This document shows positions 63,001-64,000 of a DNA stretch of 64,000 nucleotides, one piece after another (position 1 is the first letter of the stretch; each line of letters starts with the position of its first letter). The translations under genes were made by a program, and so were the position numbers. The DNA lies in NCBI RefSeq assembly GCF_018350175.1, contig NC_058368.1, positions 35,528,001-35,592,000 of the forward strand, read 5' to 3'. Below the pieces are notes generated by a model that saw only the letters and a program-made list of their open reading frames with translations, made no database searches and was not told the origin of the DNA. This DNA comes from Felis catus (Eukaryota).

Positions 63001-64000
63001 CGTCACCTTTCCAAACATGAGAAAACTCTGTTCTTCCCAAGATGACCCGAAATGTTCTAATTATTGGTTATTCCCTCTGGTTGGTGATGCAGCCAACAAG
63101 CACGTAGAGTTCAGTGAACCCACAAGCGCACAGCTGTTATCTTTGACTTGTGGCCAAAACAAAAATTGGAACAGAATTTACCCAGACAAGTGTAAAGGCT
63201 TCTGTTTAAAGCAGCTATTTTCTAAGCCAGATAAACAGCTTTGAAATGGAGAAGAAATGAATCCTTTTCTAGAATATCTGAATCAAAGTGAGGTCAATGT
63301 CTTAAAGACAAGATGTTAACATAGATTACCCACACAGACCGAGGAAGTCTTCCAAAGAGTGCGGCAGCCTCCAAGCCGCCTGTAGTTCTACCTGTTTATC
63401 AACTTGTTTTTGTGTTTTGGAAACAGCTTTGTGCATTCGGGAAAGGAGGCTGTGTTTATTTAGTTCATGATATAAAACATCAGAGGACTGCAAACTGCCG
63501 TACTGGAAGTTTTCACGAGCCAGCAGTTGTGTAGGCCAGTAGCCTCTTTGGCCGGCCGCATCAGCCACTCTTACTTGGCAGCAGGAGGGCAGAAAGAAAC
63601 AGAGTAGTTTCACTCTGGGACTGAGTCAGTGGTTCTGTCCTTTGGATTTCCACTAAGAAACGACATTAACAAATACTTTGCTTTTTATAGGAAGCAATGA
63701 GACTGGTAAGAAATAGCTGGTAGGCGAAGCAGGGAAAAATCACCCTCCCTGTTCCTTACGCAAACACTGTGCCTCTGCTAATCTGGCAATCCATCTTACA
63801 ATCACCAAACAGTACAGAGCAAGGAAGCAATTCACACCGCAATAGTACTCCTCAGAGCTTTTCATCGCTTGATGCCCATTGCGGCTGCTTGTACCAGCAG
63901 GTGGGTATAAAATAGCAGATTCGGAGACTACAGGAGTAGTGTCCCAGGGTGGAAGAGGAGATGATTTTTTTCCCCCAGTAGAGTGAATATGCATATCAGT

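Noticed and set aside
63326..63613. 95-aa minus ORF as a possible coding exon
   Set aside because: Only a weak AAG acceptor and a modest donor; peptide not recognisable
1..64000. CRISPR arrays, operons or prokaryotic defence systems
   Set aside because: Sequence is mammalian; no regularly spaced repeat-spacer array or gene-dense coding region

Overview
Mammalian, almost certainly felid (cat-family), non-coding genomic DNA; no prokaryotic features. The taxon call rests on feline-type CAN-SINEs and a feline-type L1 3' end. I found no recognisable intact protein-coding exon, and nearly all ORFs in the track are chance ORFs or repeat translations. The window is largely a layered transposon record: MIR, L2, L3/CR1, ERVL and MaLR solo LTRs, hAT and TcMar MITEs, a ~4.7 kb L1MB-type copy with nested insertions, and at least nine CAN-SINEs. 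The most notable signal is at ~2400-3000 (+), a decayed Penelope-like retroelement fragment still readable as RT-EN linker, CxxCxxC motif and GIY-YIG endonuclease; this class is rare in mammals. It lies ~0.75 kb from a motif-dense candidate promoter. Other points of interest are a TSD-flanked polyadenylated orphan retro-insert and a templated patchwork insertion inside the L1, a fused MLT2/MLT1 LTR, candidate minus-strand non-coding exons, and several enhancer-like motif clusters. Repeat family names come from recalled consensus sequences, not from a search, and many boundaries are approximate.
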